This document shows positions 49,151-58,730 of a stretch of 60,955 nucleotides of DNA, in pieces; position 1 is the stretch's first letter; every line of letters starts with the position of its first letter. The stretch spans positions 1-60,955 of the IMG/VR virus record IMGVR_UViG_3300037634_004666; one strand, 5' to 3'. The notes under the pieces are model-generated. The model was not told the DNA's origin, made no database searches, and saw only the letters and a program-made list of their open reading frames with translations. Made by a program: the position numbers and the translations under genes. The DNA comes from a virus. Its lineage: Duplodnaviria; Caudoviricetes.

Positions 49151-49440
49151 TAATCTTCCACAATATTCATATCGTAAGTTCTTTTAATTGGATAATATCT
49201 AACATCATCAGTATCATCATTTTTTACCTTAACAGCTTTTAATTTTATCATACTTAAAGGAGTACCATATTCGCTTTGACCGTTTATTATATCTGTAGTA
49301 AATGAAGCGATATTATCACCTGTAAGTATCTGTATTTCAGCTAGAGCATCTCTTAATAATGCTTTAACATAATTAAATCTACTATCTCCTACTCGTTCCA
49401 TTAATTCTTGCATTGTAATACCTTTAGCATCATAAGCCAT
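49150..49440 (-). CDS. Head-tail adaptor-like protein (resembles an adaptor N-terminal half)
   Basis: TMQELMERV...LLRDALAEI...NGQSEY.TP. Confidence 0.45.
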   Translation of the reverse strand: MAYDAKGITMQELMERVGDSRFNYVKALLRDALAEIQILTGDNIASFTTDIINGQSEYGTPLSMIKLKAVKVKNDDTDDVRYYPIKRTYDMNIVED

Positions 49441-49441
49441 A

Positions 49442-49945
49442 TTATGTCCCTCCTGCTATCATAACATTAACCATAGCTTCTCTCGTTCCATTTGCATAGT
49501 TAGTATCTACTATATCTAAATTAGTTGCAAGTTCACCTGCGCTTAGAGGAATAACAATAGCTTCCCCCGGGGAAAGAGCGGCATGAATTTCAGCCCCAAT
49601 ATACACTTTAATTGTAGTATCAGCCCCTATAGATTGCTTTACATATTCAACAGCTATTACATTTGCAGTTTGGCAGATAGCTCCATCTGTTACGTCTGCT
49701 GCTTCAGTCCAAGCTGAGTCACTTAATCCGGTACTATTACTAACTGAAGTTAAAGATACTATTACATTTTTCCAGTAACATACTTTGTCATCAGAATAAG
49801 CTGGGAGTGTCTTATATTCTCCTCCCCATCTTCTACCATCAGCATTGCCGTCTAAATTTCTATTAACATAAGTTATGCCTTCTACAGTAGTATCGTTATC
49901 CTGTAATATTTCCACTGAAGTTTTAATCCTTATTTCATTTGCCAT
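49442..49945 (-). CDS. Structural protein
   Basis: ORF in the virion block. Confidence 0.55.
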   Translation of the reverse strand: MANEIRIKTSVEILQDNDTTVEGITYVNRNLDGNADGRRWGGEYKTLPAYSDDKVCYWKNVIVSLTSVSNSTGLSDSAWTEAADVTDGAICQTANVIAVEYVKQSIGADTTIKVYIGAEIHAALSPGEAIVIPLSAGELATNLDIVDTNYANGTREAMVNVMIAGGT

Positions 49946-52029
49946 TATGCTGCCGCCTTATTCTCTATAGCCACTTGTTGCTGCTGAGGCTGTGTTAAGC
50001 CAAATATTTCTGAATACATAGCCTTTAAAGCTGTATATTGCTGTATTGCCCAATTATAATGAGTTTGCTTTTCCTGAAATAATAATCCAAAAGCTTGATA
50101 AGCAGCTGTAAATGATTGAGAATCAGCCTGGTATCTTTGTAATAATAATTGATTATTTTGTAATGCTTGTGCCCCTTGAGCTTGGTAAGCTTGAAGTCTT
50201 TGTTGCCAAGCTTGAACTTCATTATTTAGCTCATGGGTAACTTTTGCAGTTGCTCTTTGTATCTGAGCTGTATATCTAGTTGTATCATAACTAGCATCAG
50301 CTTGAAATTTTTGTATTAATGATGTAGTTTCTACTTGATATTTTTGTACGCTAGAAGCTATCTCTGCTGTTACATTTTGTATATCTTGTGCATACACCTG
50401 CACAGCTGCATTGTAATCTTGTTGGTATACTAAGAACTTAACATTCCAAGTACTAGCAGTCCATGCCTGAATAGTAGATGCAACTTCGGCTTGATATGCT
50501 TGGACTTCAGCCCCATATTTTTGAAGTTTTAAAGCTTCTTCTTGATTATCTAATTGTGAATTTTGGATTGCTACTTGGAGCTTTGACTGGTACTCTATAT
50601 TTTCTTTATTAAAAGTATTTAAAGCGTTTGTCATTAAATTTGTATGTTCTTGTAATTCTGTAGTTCTTTTAGTCTGCCATACTTGTACAGTTGAAGCTAG
50701 ATTTTGCTGATATTCTTGAACTTCTGCAGTTACTTCTGCTTGGTATCTCTGTATATTAGCTGAGGCTGCTTGTATTGCTTGAGCTGATTCTTGAGAATCT
50801 AATTGAGCATCTTGTGTTGCTTTTTGAAAGGCTACTTGATATGTCGCATTAGCCTCATTAAAGGCATTTAAAGAACTCTGTATATCTGAATTATATTTTT
50901 GTATTTGAGTCTGTATTACTTGTACAGTAGCTTGACTCATTTCCGGATCTTCTTCGTCTGTTATCCATGTATTTATCGGTGTTGTAAAATCTATATCTAT
51001 GGTAGGAGCTATATACGTAGGTGCTGGCTCATCAAAATAAATATATGCAGTTGACATAGCGGCAGCACTAGGTGCAGACGCTGATATACTTAATGGAGTT
51101 ACAGATATTGAAGATAATGTTAAACTTGGTGCCGTATAAGTTGGAGCCGTTTCACTAAAAGTTACAGATAAACTTTCTAATGTTGGAGGCAAAGATAATA
51201 TTGGTATAGCTAATGTTGCTGGCTCTACCCAATCAGGTACAGATATAGAAGGAGCCTCTATAGTGGGCCATTCAGTCACACTCGATATAAAAGTGCCTAT
51301 GCTCGCAGCAGCATCTGGCAAATCGAAATCTCCATCAGCTAAAAAACCTATATCTATAATATCAGCCAATACATTTGTAATTATATCACTAGATGTAAAT
51401 GATTCCCAGTCTGCCTCTACCACAGCAATAGAATCTAAAGTTGGAAGATTAGTTAATGATGTAGATAAAACTCCACTATTAGCTTCAGTCATATGCATTA
51501 AACATAATAATTGAGCCATATAAATATATAATGCTGATTCATATTTAGGATGTAAAACTGTTGAGCTTGCATGACCCTCTGTAGTTGTAGCACTAGGCAA
51601 ATAACTATCAGGTTTTTTTATTCCATATACTTTTAACATATCTAAAGTTGGAGAAGTAGGGATTGAAGGAAGAATATCAATACCTCCATCTGATATTGTA
51701 TACACAGGATAATCAATATTAGCGGCAGATAAACTATTCTCATCTGAAGCTTTTAAGAAATCTGTATAAGAGACTTCTTTAGCCTCTCTAAATATAGATG
51801 ATTCAGTATCTGCTTGTAATCTACGTACATCAATAACTTTAAGCCAAGAAGTTAAGTCGTCTTCGCCGAAACCACCAGATAAACTGGCAGCTATTAATGG
51901 AATATCTTCTTCTTTATATTCAATTATATCTTTAATAACTTTCTCTATTGCTGATTTTAGCAAAACTAAAAGAGAAGCATCATCCTTCCAGTGAACATAT
52001 TGCTCTATTCTTTCCTTCCAAGTAGCCAT
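49945..52029 (-). CDS. Adaptor-like protein with Pro/Thr linker and long Gln-rich coiled coil
   Basis: PVYTI...ILP adaptor-type N-terminus; internal repeats; Q/A-rich heptads. Confidence 0.6.
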   Translation of the reverse strand: MATWKERIEQYVHWKDDASLLVLLKSAIEKVIKDIIEYKEEDIPLIAASLSGGFGEDDLTSWLKVIDVRRLQADTESSIFREAKEVSYTDFLKASDENSLSAANIDYPVYTISDGGIDILPSIPTSPTLDMLKVYGIKKPDSYLPSATTTEGHASSTVLHPKYESALYIYMAQLLCLMHMTEANSGVLSTSLTNLPTLDSIAVVEADWESFTSSDIITNVLADIIDIGFLADGDFDLPDAAASIGTFISSVTEWPTIEAPSISVPDWVEPATLAIPILSLPPTLESLSVTFSETAPTYTAPSLTLSSISVTPLSISASAPSAAAMSTAYIYFDEPAPTYIAPTIDIDFTTPINTWITDEEDPEMSQATVQVIQTQIQKYNSDIQSSLNAFNEANATYQVAFQKATQDAQLDSQESAQAIQAASANIQRYQAEVTAEVQEYQQNLASTVQVWQTKRTTELQEHTNLMTNALNTFNKENIEYQSKLQVAIQNSQLDNQEEALKLQKYGAEVQAYQAEVASTIQAWTASTWNVKFLVYQQDYNAAVQVYAQDIQNVTAEIASSVQKYQVETTSLIQKFQADASYDTTRYTAQIQRATAKVTHELNNEVQAWQQRLQAYQAQGAQALQNNQLLLQRYQADSQSFTAAYQAFGLLFQEKQTHYNWAIQQYTALKAMYSEIFGLTQPQQQQVAIENKAAA

Positions 52030-52274
52030 TAGTATAAGAGAGCCACATTCATTGTTGTTGAAGCTGTTACTTCCTTTATTCCAAAAGAATAGACACCTTC
52101 AGGGAAATCTATTGGAAGGATTACTTCTGTACCATCGCTAAAAGTAAGTGTTGTGGCATTTGCAATTGCATTAGTTACAATAATTGCTCTAGAAACATCA
52201 TACTCGGTTCCGCTCACTGGAGTTACAACTCGCATGTACGGATTTACTGATTCTTGTGTTTGTAATAATCTCAT
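52029..52274 (-). CDS. Small structural protein (spike-base-like)
   Basis: VVTP...SRAIIV...GVYSFGIKEV...ALLY. Confidence 0.55.
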   Translation of the reverse strand: MRLLQTQESVNPYMRVVTPVSGTEYDVSRAIIVTNAIANATTLTFSDGTEVILPIDFPEGVYSFGIKEVTASTTMNVALLY

Positions 52275-52292
52275 TTAATCTCCATTAAATAA

Positions 52293-52356
52293 AGGCTCGT
52301 CCTTGAGAGAGAGGACAATGCAAACTTTCGTTAGCACAAGAGAAGAGAACGAGCCT
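52293..52356 (-). other. Intergenic structured element
   Basis: AGGCTCGT/ACGAGCCT outer stem enclosing a GAAA-loop hairpin and pyrimidine tracts. Confidence 0.5.
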
Positions 52357-52360
52357 ATAA

Positions 52361-52441
52361 TTAGTTGTAAGTAAGATAACCGACACCTGTCCAACTTGAT
52401 GTCCAATAACCATCAGGTAATGTAATTACTGCTATAATCAT
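52361..52441 (-). CDS. Possible 26-aa peptide
   Basis: ATG directly after TAATA; MIIAVITLPDGYWTSSWTGVGYLTYN. Confidence 0.35.
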   Translation of the reverse strand: MIIAVITLPDGYWTSSWTGVGYLTYN

Positions 52442-52443
52442 TA

Positions 52444-52674
52444 TTAATCAGCAACCATAAGTCCAGCGGCTTTTAATTTATCAAGTAACGAATTAAAATC
52501 TGCTACTAATAAGGCATTGGTGCCAGCGGTAGAAGCTGCTTGATTAGCAACTAAAGTGCTTACACCCTCAGCTAAGTCTTTTAGATTTTCAATTTCTGTC
52601 TCATTTAAACCCGCACCTGGATGTTTACCAATATAATAAGTACTGCCTGTTCCAACTGTTTTAGTTAAAGCCAT
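52444..52674 (-). CDS. Head fibre/decoration protein
   Basis: VANQAASTA...LVADFNSLLDKLKAAGLM; follows the capsid gene. Confidence 0.7.
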   Translation of the reverse strand: MALTKTVGTGSTYYIGKHPGAGLNETEIENLKDLAEGVSTLVANQAASTAGTNALLVADFNSLLDKLKAAGLMVAD

Positions 52675-52694
52675 GTTTATTCCTTTCTTTTAAG

Positions 52695-52714
52695 TTAAAG
52701 GCCCCGAAGGGCCT
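52695..52714 (-). terminator. UUCG hairpin after the major capsid gene (partial terminator)
   Basis: AGGCCC-TTCG-GGGCCT followed by a short U tract. Confidence 0.65.
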
Positions 52715-52731
52715 ATAACATTAGTTATTAT

Positions 52732-54429
52732 TTACAGCCAAACTGCGTGAGTTTCAGGAGCAGAGAACTCAAATCCAATATCACCTTGAATTAAGTCAAC
52801 TCTGTAATCTTCACCTGAGTTCTTAACAGTTTTAACACCAGGATAAACAGTAACATCACGATTTACACCATTACCCACTAAAGGTCTCACTGCACAAGCA
52901 CTCATATTTGCAGCAATCATTTTAACATGCGTTTGATCTAAATGAATGTCTCTAACAAGCTTAATGGAAGTACCATCTACATCGAATGTTCGATATTTAA
53001 CACCAGCCATTTTACCGGTACCTGAGAATTGAACATTATAATTAGGACTAATCTCAGCATTATTTTTCATAAAGCCACCTAATTTAGCATGCCAGTTCCA
53101 GACTTCAGTATTACAGAAGTAAACTTGTTTTTGTTTACCACCAACCATATAACGAGGATCATGATATGCAGATAACTGCTCTAAATAATCGTCTACAGTA
53201 TGACTATCACTCCAGGTAAATGAATTACCATTGTTAAGAATGAAGTTTACAATACCTTCAGTATATGTAATACCATCATCATCTACATATTGCTCTCCAA
53301 AATAACCAGCTTGACCAATTTCCCATGTCATTTCAGTCATCTTATCTTCCCACTCATTCTTCCATGGATTTTCACCAAACTTAAGTTTAGTTGCCATCGC
53401 ACGTCCAGACATCATTGCTGTCTTTTTGAAGATTTGAGTTTGACCATAATCTGTGGTAAAAGGTTGTTGTCTCCAAGTATCCCCGTAACCACTTAATTCA
53501 TGATAAGCAGTACCTGAGATATACGATCTCATTGGTTCTAATTTACCAGCAACCGAAGTAGCTTGAGTCGCACCAGGATTTACATCTGGTAAAGTTGCTG
53601 AACCATGAACATCTTGAATTGATGTTGGAACATCATTTGTTCCATCATTTTTTAGAACTACACAATATAGATCTTGAGCTTCACCTTTAACAACTCCACT
53701 GTTCTCTATACTAACACCGTAAGATGTTAAAACTCTAACCAAGCAATAACCTGAAACATCTCCACCTGGTGATCCTGCAGTGGTTGGTATTCTTACTACT
53801 TGATTCTTTAAAAACCAAGAAGGTCTAGTGTATTGAGCGCCCATTAAAACATTACCATTAGTAGAATCTCTACCTATTTTATTTGTAATATTTCCATGAG
53901 TTTTATAATCACCCATCATTAATAAGTTACATTTCTCACCTACAGCTGGGATTGTAGTTTTAACATAATCCCCTTGGGTACTAGCTAAAGCATCAACTAA
54001 AGCAGCATCACCCCATGATGCTTCCGTAGTAGTTAAAGTAGCATCTGCAGTTAAAGCTGCATCAGAATCAGTATTTACACCCATGCAATAGCCATAACGT
54101 TTAAAGTTTGCAAGTTTACGTTTAATCGCATACTCAAATTTAAAGTCATCGGTTGGTTTCTTTTTAAACTTAGTCAGTAAATGAATAAAAGGATCTCTCT
54201 CGAAAGAAAGATTTGTGTAAGTATTACCGAAGTTATAATTACGTCCTAAGTCTCCGAGCGAGGGGGAGGTTCTATCTCCACCTCTCTGATTGGTATTATC
54301 AATCTTGTAATTATCTTGTCCCCACGGCTGTGTTTGCGTAGGGGCATCAATTGTATGAATAGGTCCCGGTTTTCCTGAAGATCCTGGGTTACCAGTCGTA
54401 GGTTGGGTTATTCCATCATAATCAGCCAT
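52732..54429 (-). CDS. Major capsid protein (HK97 fold, SU10/DUF5309-like)
   Basis: GQTQIFKKT.MMSGRAMAT...EMTWEIGQAGYFG, TEGI, GFEFSAPETHA; follows the scaffold gene. Confidence 0.85.
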   Translation of the reverse strand: MADYDGITQPTTGNPGSSGKPGPIHTIDAPTQTQPWGQDNYKIDNTNQRGGDRTSPSLGDLGRNYNFGNTYTNLSFERDPFIHLLTKFKKKPTDDFKFEYAIKRKLANFKRYGYCMGVNTDSDAALTADATLTTTEASWGDAALVDALASTQGDYVKTTIPAVGEKCNLLMMGDYKTHGNITNKIGRDSTNGNVLMGAQYTRPSWFLKNQVVRIPTTAGSPGGDVSGYCLVRVLTSYGVSIENSGVVKGEAQDLYCVVLKNDGTNDVPTSIQDVHGSATLPDVNPGATQATSVAGKLEPMRSYISGTAYHELSGYGDTWRQQPFTTDYGQTQIFKKTAMMSGRAMATKLKFGENPWKNEWEDKMTEMTWEIGQAGYFGEQYVDDDGITYTEGIVNFILNNGNSFTWSDSHTVDDYLEQLSAYHDPRYMVGGKQKQVYFCNTEVWNWHAKLGGFMKNNAEISPNYNVQFSGTGKMAGVKYRTFDVDGTSIKLVRDIHLDQTHVKMIAANMSACAVRPLVGNGVNRDVTVYPGVKTVKNSGEDYRVDLIQGDIGFEFSAPETHAVWL

Positions 54430-54485
54430 TTATAGCCTCACTTTCATTTTAGTGTTCTAAGGCTATACTAATTTTTTACGTTAGC

Positions 54486-55361
54486 CTAGAACGGGTTATC
54501 ATCATTGCTGAATTGGTCTCCAAACATCTCTTGGAACATTTGTTCTTCAGATGTCATACCTTTTCCAGCATTATTCGTTCCACCAATAGAGGTGGGAATG
54601 TTCCTAACAGCCTGCATTTGATTCATCATATCATTTTGAGTAGATTTTTGAACATTTTGATTTACTTTATCTCTATTCATTAAGAAATAAAGATCATCAT
54701 AAGTCATTGTTTTACTCTTTCCTTGATCAATCAAACTTTGCATTTGTTCTTCATTATACCCCATCCGATCCATAAACTTCTGTTTTTCAGAGTCCATAGC
54801 TTTCTGATGTTGTGCCTGTAAAACCTGCTGTTGTTGTTGGTGCAGTGTTTCTTTTACAACTTTCTGAGCTTTTTGAGTAACCATGTGATTGATTAACTTT
54901 CCGCTATCAGACTCTGGATCTTTTGCGGCTTCGTCCATATCAAAAACAAAGTCTTCTTCTAAGCCTAGCTTTTCTTGCATATTTTGAGGTACTTCTCCAC
55001 CATTTTTTAAATAGTTTTGTAGTACATCCACTGCCCCTGAATCTTCTTTTAAAAAGCCTATTACTGATTTAAAGGGTTGGAGTTCGTCATTCTCTGCCTT
55101 TAATCTTCTAGCTTCATTTGAAGAATCATCATATCGTTTCTTCCAATTTACATCTTCATTAACGATATTTTCATTCCCTTGTTCTCCAGCATCATTGGGG
55201 ATCGCTTCTTGCGATGTTACCTGTTCTGGGTTCGGAGTGGGTTGCTCCGGGTGTTCTACCATTCCTAAACCGTTATCAAGATTATTGAAAAAGTTATCGG
55301 ATTCAGTCAAGTCAGGGCCTTCAAAAGGGTTGCCGCTTGACGCGTTTTCATCAGTAGTCAT
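54486..55361 (-). CDS. Capsid scaffolding protein
   Basis: Acidic, coiled coil (WKKRYDDSSNEARRL); between portal and capsid. Confidence 0.75.
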   Translation of the reverse strand: MTTDENASSGNPFEGPDLTESDNFFNNLDNGLGMVEHPEQPTPNPEQVTSQEAIPNDAGEQGNENIVNEDVNWKKRYDDSSNEARRLKAENDELQPFKSVIGFLKEDSGAVDVLQNYLKNGGEVPQNMQEKLGLEEDFVFDMDEAAKDPESDSGKLINHMVTQKAQKVVKETLHQQQQQVLQAQHQKAMDSEKQKFMDRMGYNEEQMQSLIDQGKSKTMTYDDLYFLMNRDKVNQNVQKSTQNDMMNQMQAVRNIPTSIGGTNNAGKGMTSEEQMFQEMFGDQFSNDDNPF

Positions 55362-55411
55362 ATAAATTTCCTTTTCTTTAAAAAAACTGCCTTGTTACGG
55401 GCTTTTGTAAT

Positions 55412-57706
55412 CTAACTCTCTTTAGTCTTACGTTGCAAATCTTTTTTTACACTATTTAATTCTAAGCCTATTTCTCGTTTTCTAGTTTCAACTTCATTAC
55501 TCATTACATTTCTTAATAATTTTTGTTTACCTTGAGTTTCAATGTATTCTTTGTCCATATTAGCCTTAACATGTTCTTTTTGTTTATTAATCTCAACTTC
55601 AGCTTGCATAACTTTTCCTTTGATTCCAGCTTGAACTAATTGACGCTCTAATGTTTCTATTGTTCCTTCTTTATCTTTCACAGCTTCAGTAAGTTGATTA
55701 ACTTGTCCAGATAGTTGTGCATATAAAGATTTACGCTTCATTATCTGTTCTTTATTCCTTAAATCTGTCTCTGCTAGTACAGCTACATCATCTATAACCC
55801 CTTCCTTCATTAATTCTTTTAGTTCGCCTAAATAAGCCCACCTATTAATAGGAAGCGTTGAACCAGCTATAACTCTTATATCAAATTTAGCTGCTGCGTA
55901 GTCTTTCCATTTACCTACAGCTTCACCCATATCATTATAAATAGGAATATTAATTTCAGACTCTCTGCTTTCTTGTAGAGCGTTAGGTTGTACTATTCTA
56001 AATACCTTATTAGCTGTATATACAGTTTGAGAATATTGTTTTACAACTTCACCCATTTGTTTTAATGCTGGTTCTATAGAATTTTTCATCCAATATTTAA
56101 TTCTTCTAGTCCCGTATTCATCCATAGCAAGCATACCTCTGAATGTTTCATGTTGCTGCTGTGTATCACCTTGCATTGAGGAATAAATTCCTGCGAGATA
56201 TTCCATATCTCCTTTGGCTTGTTGTATGATGCCAAAAAATGCATTGGGTAAAGGCATAGGTTGTACAGGTGTTGGAGGTTGATGACCAGGTCGATATTTT
56301 AACATCGCTCCAGGGGAAGAAGAATACTGTTCCCATTCATCCTCATCTATAGCTCCCTCTTCATACATCCATCTTAAAGAAGAGCCTAATGATGCATTAT
56401 GAACCATTAATTGATGCGCTTTATTTAATTCTTTTTGTTTACCTATTAAAGGAGCTACAGCTGACATAGAATATGGTGTTCCTGTCCACTTGTAATGAAA
56501 TGGAATAATTGGATAATCTACTATTTTTTCTCCCAATATTTTTTCATATAATAGAATATCAGCAGCTACACATGTCTGTTTAATTCGTGTAGTATTATAT
56601 GGAATAGCATTTATAACATTTTTAGCAAATTCTTCATTTTCCATAAGAACATCAAATTCTTTTTTAGATACTACTGTATTTTCTGTTTTAGAAGTAGCTT
56701 CTTGTAATTTAGCCATCATCTCTTGTTCAGCTATTTGTAATTGTGTTTGTGCTTGATCTTGAGCTTTTCTTAATTCTAACTCAGCTCGCTGAGGAATCAT
56801 TTCCCCAGCTTGTACAGCTTGTTGTATTTGTTGCTGTGTCTCTAATAGTTTTACTTCCATTTCTGCCTGCAATGCAGCCATTTCTTTTTGAAGTTGCTGT
56901 TGTATCTGTTTTAGCTGTTCAGGTGAAGGAGGTATCCTATAGAATACTGACATAAATGGTACTTTAATTTTTTCAAATAACTCGTATAATTCTAACATTT
57001 CTTCTGTTTGAGTTGGATTATCTAAATCTACAGGATCTTCCATTCCTTTATATGTAAAATCTTTTTGTTCTCCATCTATTGGTTTTACAGAAGTATCATA
57101 TTCTCCATAATTCATTCCAGAGGCTTTTTGTATCTTTGTTGCTAAAGATGGGAACATTTTTTTGACATGAGATTTAGGGAGAACTTTTCTAATCATTATA
57201 TAAGATGCATCTTTAAAGAGAATATCTCTAGATTTAGGATCTACATATACATCAAATGGATGTGGTTGTATTATTTTAACCTCTCCTAATCCACGATCTT
57301 CATCTGGATCAACTGATACCTGTAAATACCCTATAGACTTAGTAATACAATCATTTATTGCATTTGATAATAAACTAGAGCCGTTAGATTGATACCAGAT
57401 ATAATCTGCAATGTCCGAAAACACAGCGGCTACATCTGAATCCGACCCCTCGGCTCCAACGGCTTGCCACCGAGGATTGTTAGCAGTTGCATAAAAATTT
57501 AACATTTCTATAATAGGAATTATCCTATTAATTGTAAAGGTAGGCATTCCAGCATCTTCTAATGTTTTTTTATCAGCCTTAGTTAATTGATTGTCATTAG
57601 AAAAGTCTTCACCTTTTTGGTTAATAAATTCCCATTGAGTCCTAGTCCCGTTATTAGCTGTATTAAATATCTCTCTAATTCTATCTGCTGCTTTTTTTCT
57701 AGCCAT
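55412..57706 (-). CDS. Portal protein (P22-like)
   Basis: PTFTINRIIP, DVYVDP, QKELNK, C-terminal coiled-coil barrel. Confidence 0.85.
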   Translation of the reverse strand: MARKKAADRIREIFNTANNGTRTQWEFINQKGEDFSNDNQLTKADKKTLEDAGMPTFTINRIIPIIEMLNFYATANNPRWQAVGAEGSDSDVAAVFSDIADYIWYQSNGSSLLSNAINDCITKSIGYLQVSVDPDEDRGLGEVKIIQPHPFDVYVDPKSRDILFKDASYIMIRKVLPKSHVKKMFPSLATKIQKASGMNYGEYDTSVKPIDGEQKDFTYKGMEDPVDLDNPTQTEEMLELYELFEKIKVPFMSVFYRIPPSPEQLKQIQQQLQKEMAALQAEMEVKLLETQQQIQQAVQAGEMIPQRAELELRKAQDQAQTQLQIAEQEMMAKLQEATSKTENTVVSKKEFDVLMENEEFAKNVINAIPYNTTRIKQTCVAADILLYEKILGEKIVDYPIIPFHYKWTGTPYSMSAVAPLIGKQKELNKAHQLMVHNASLGSSLRWMYEEGAIDEDEWEQYSSSPGAMLKYRPGHQPPTPVQPMPLPNAFFGIIQQAKGDMEYLAGIYSSMQGDTQQQHETFRGMLAMDEYGTRRIKYWMKNSIEPALKQMGEVVKQYSQTVYTANKVFRIVQPNALQESRESEINIPIYNDMGEAVGKWKDYAAAKFDIRVIAGSTLPINRWAYLGELKELMKEGVIDDVAVLAETDLRNKEQIMKRKSLYAQLSGQVNQLTEAVKDKEGTIETLERQLVQAGIKGKVMQAEVEINKQKEHVKANMDKEYIETQGKQKLLRNVMSNEVETRKREIGLELNSVKKDLQRKTKES

Positions 57707-57726
57707 TATAACCCTTTAGTTTTTTA

Positions 57727-58134
57727 TTAATTATCGTAAGCTGTTTTTCCATAATAATGAGCTTCATTTTCTTGATTTTTCATATATTCATAATTCATTT
57801 CAGCTTCAAGAAATCTCTGACCTTTTTCTGACCTAGAGCCTTCTCCACTGATATAATGATCTCTCGTTGCTCCTTGAGCCATTTGATTTTTATACCAAGC
57901 TTTTTTATAGTCCCAGATAGACTTATTATCTCCACCTAGACTAATTAATTCCTTTAAACCCTCATCTTTGTCAACATCTAAAAGTCTATTTCCACCTTGC
58001 ATAGGTCTACCATAAGTACCATCATTTACTTTAGTCATAAACTCAGATTTTGCCCATGAAACTGGTTTTGTCTTTTGATTATAGCTAGTTCCCATTATGC
58101 TATCAACTTGAGTGTCATTTAATTCATTTCCCAT
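57727..58134 (-). CDS. Hypothetical protein
   Basis: Likely start ATG 58134 with AAGGA SD. Confidence 0.6.
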   Translation of the reverse strand: MGNELNDTQVDSIMGTSYNQKTKPVSWAKSEFMTKVNDGTYGRPMQGGNRLLDVDKDEGLKELISLGGDNKSIWDYKKAWYKNQMAQGATRDHYISGEGSRSEKGQRFLEAEMNYEYMKNQENEAHYYGKTAYDN

Positions 58135-58157
58135 TTTGTTTTCCTTTTTTTTTCTTA

Positions 58158-58700
58158 TTAATTGCTTACCCAAGAACCATCAACATAACTCCAACCTTCT
58201 GCCTTTGGCGGCTGGTCAATTCCAGGTAATATACCATATTCTTCTAGGTATGATTGTTTATAACGCTCTTGACCGTCTTTACCTAATATATCTTTAACAA
58301 CAGTTTCCCCTTCTTTATCAAAAAGATCATATTTCTTCTCATAATTATTAAACAAATCAACAATGTTTCTCGCAGCTTTAAATGGCGCCCCCTTCGAACT
58401 TTCTCCGTCTTGTCCCCATTCATCTGTATTCGTATATCTATCTCCAATTGCATTGAAAAGATCTGAGGCAATAGGGTCCATTGGCTTCCCTGCAATACTA
58501 TTTATTAAAGTATTACCTATTGCCTTAAAGGCTGAAAATTTATTTACATGAGAAAGTACATCTGGGCCATAAATTTCTTTAATATGGTCTAATGATTTAT
58601 TCACTTCTTCTTTTGTCCAATTATGACCAGTCTTGTCAACCCACTTTTCTTGAGGTATCACTTTTTCTATTGAACCCATAATTTTATTTAAAAAACTCAC
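58158..58700 (-). CDS. Hypothetical protein
   Basis: GTG start with AAGGA upstream. Confidence 0.6.
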   Translation of the reverse strand: MSFLNKIMGSIEKVIPQEKWVDKTGHNWTKEEVNKSLDHIKEIYGPDVLSHVNKFSAFKAIGNTLINSIAGKPMDPIASDLFNAIGDRYTNTDEWGQDGESSKGAPFKAARNIVDLFNNYEKKYDLFDKEGETVVKDILGKDGQERYKQSYLEEYGILPGIDQPPKAEGWSYVDGSWVSN

Positions 58701-58730
58701 TACATCATATCCTTATCATATTCATCAAAA

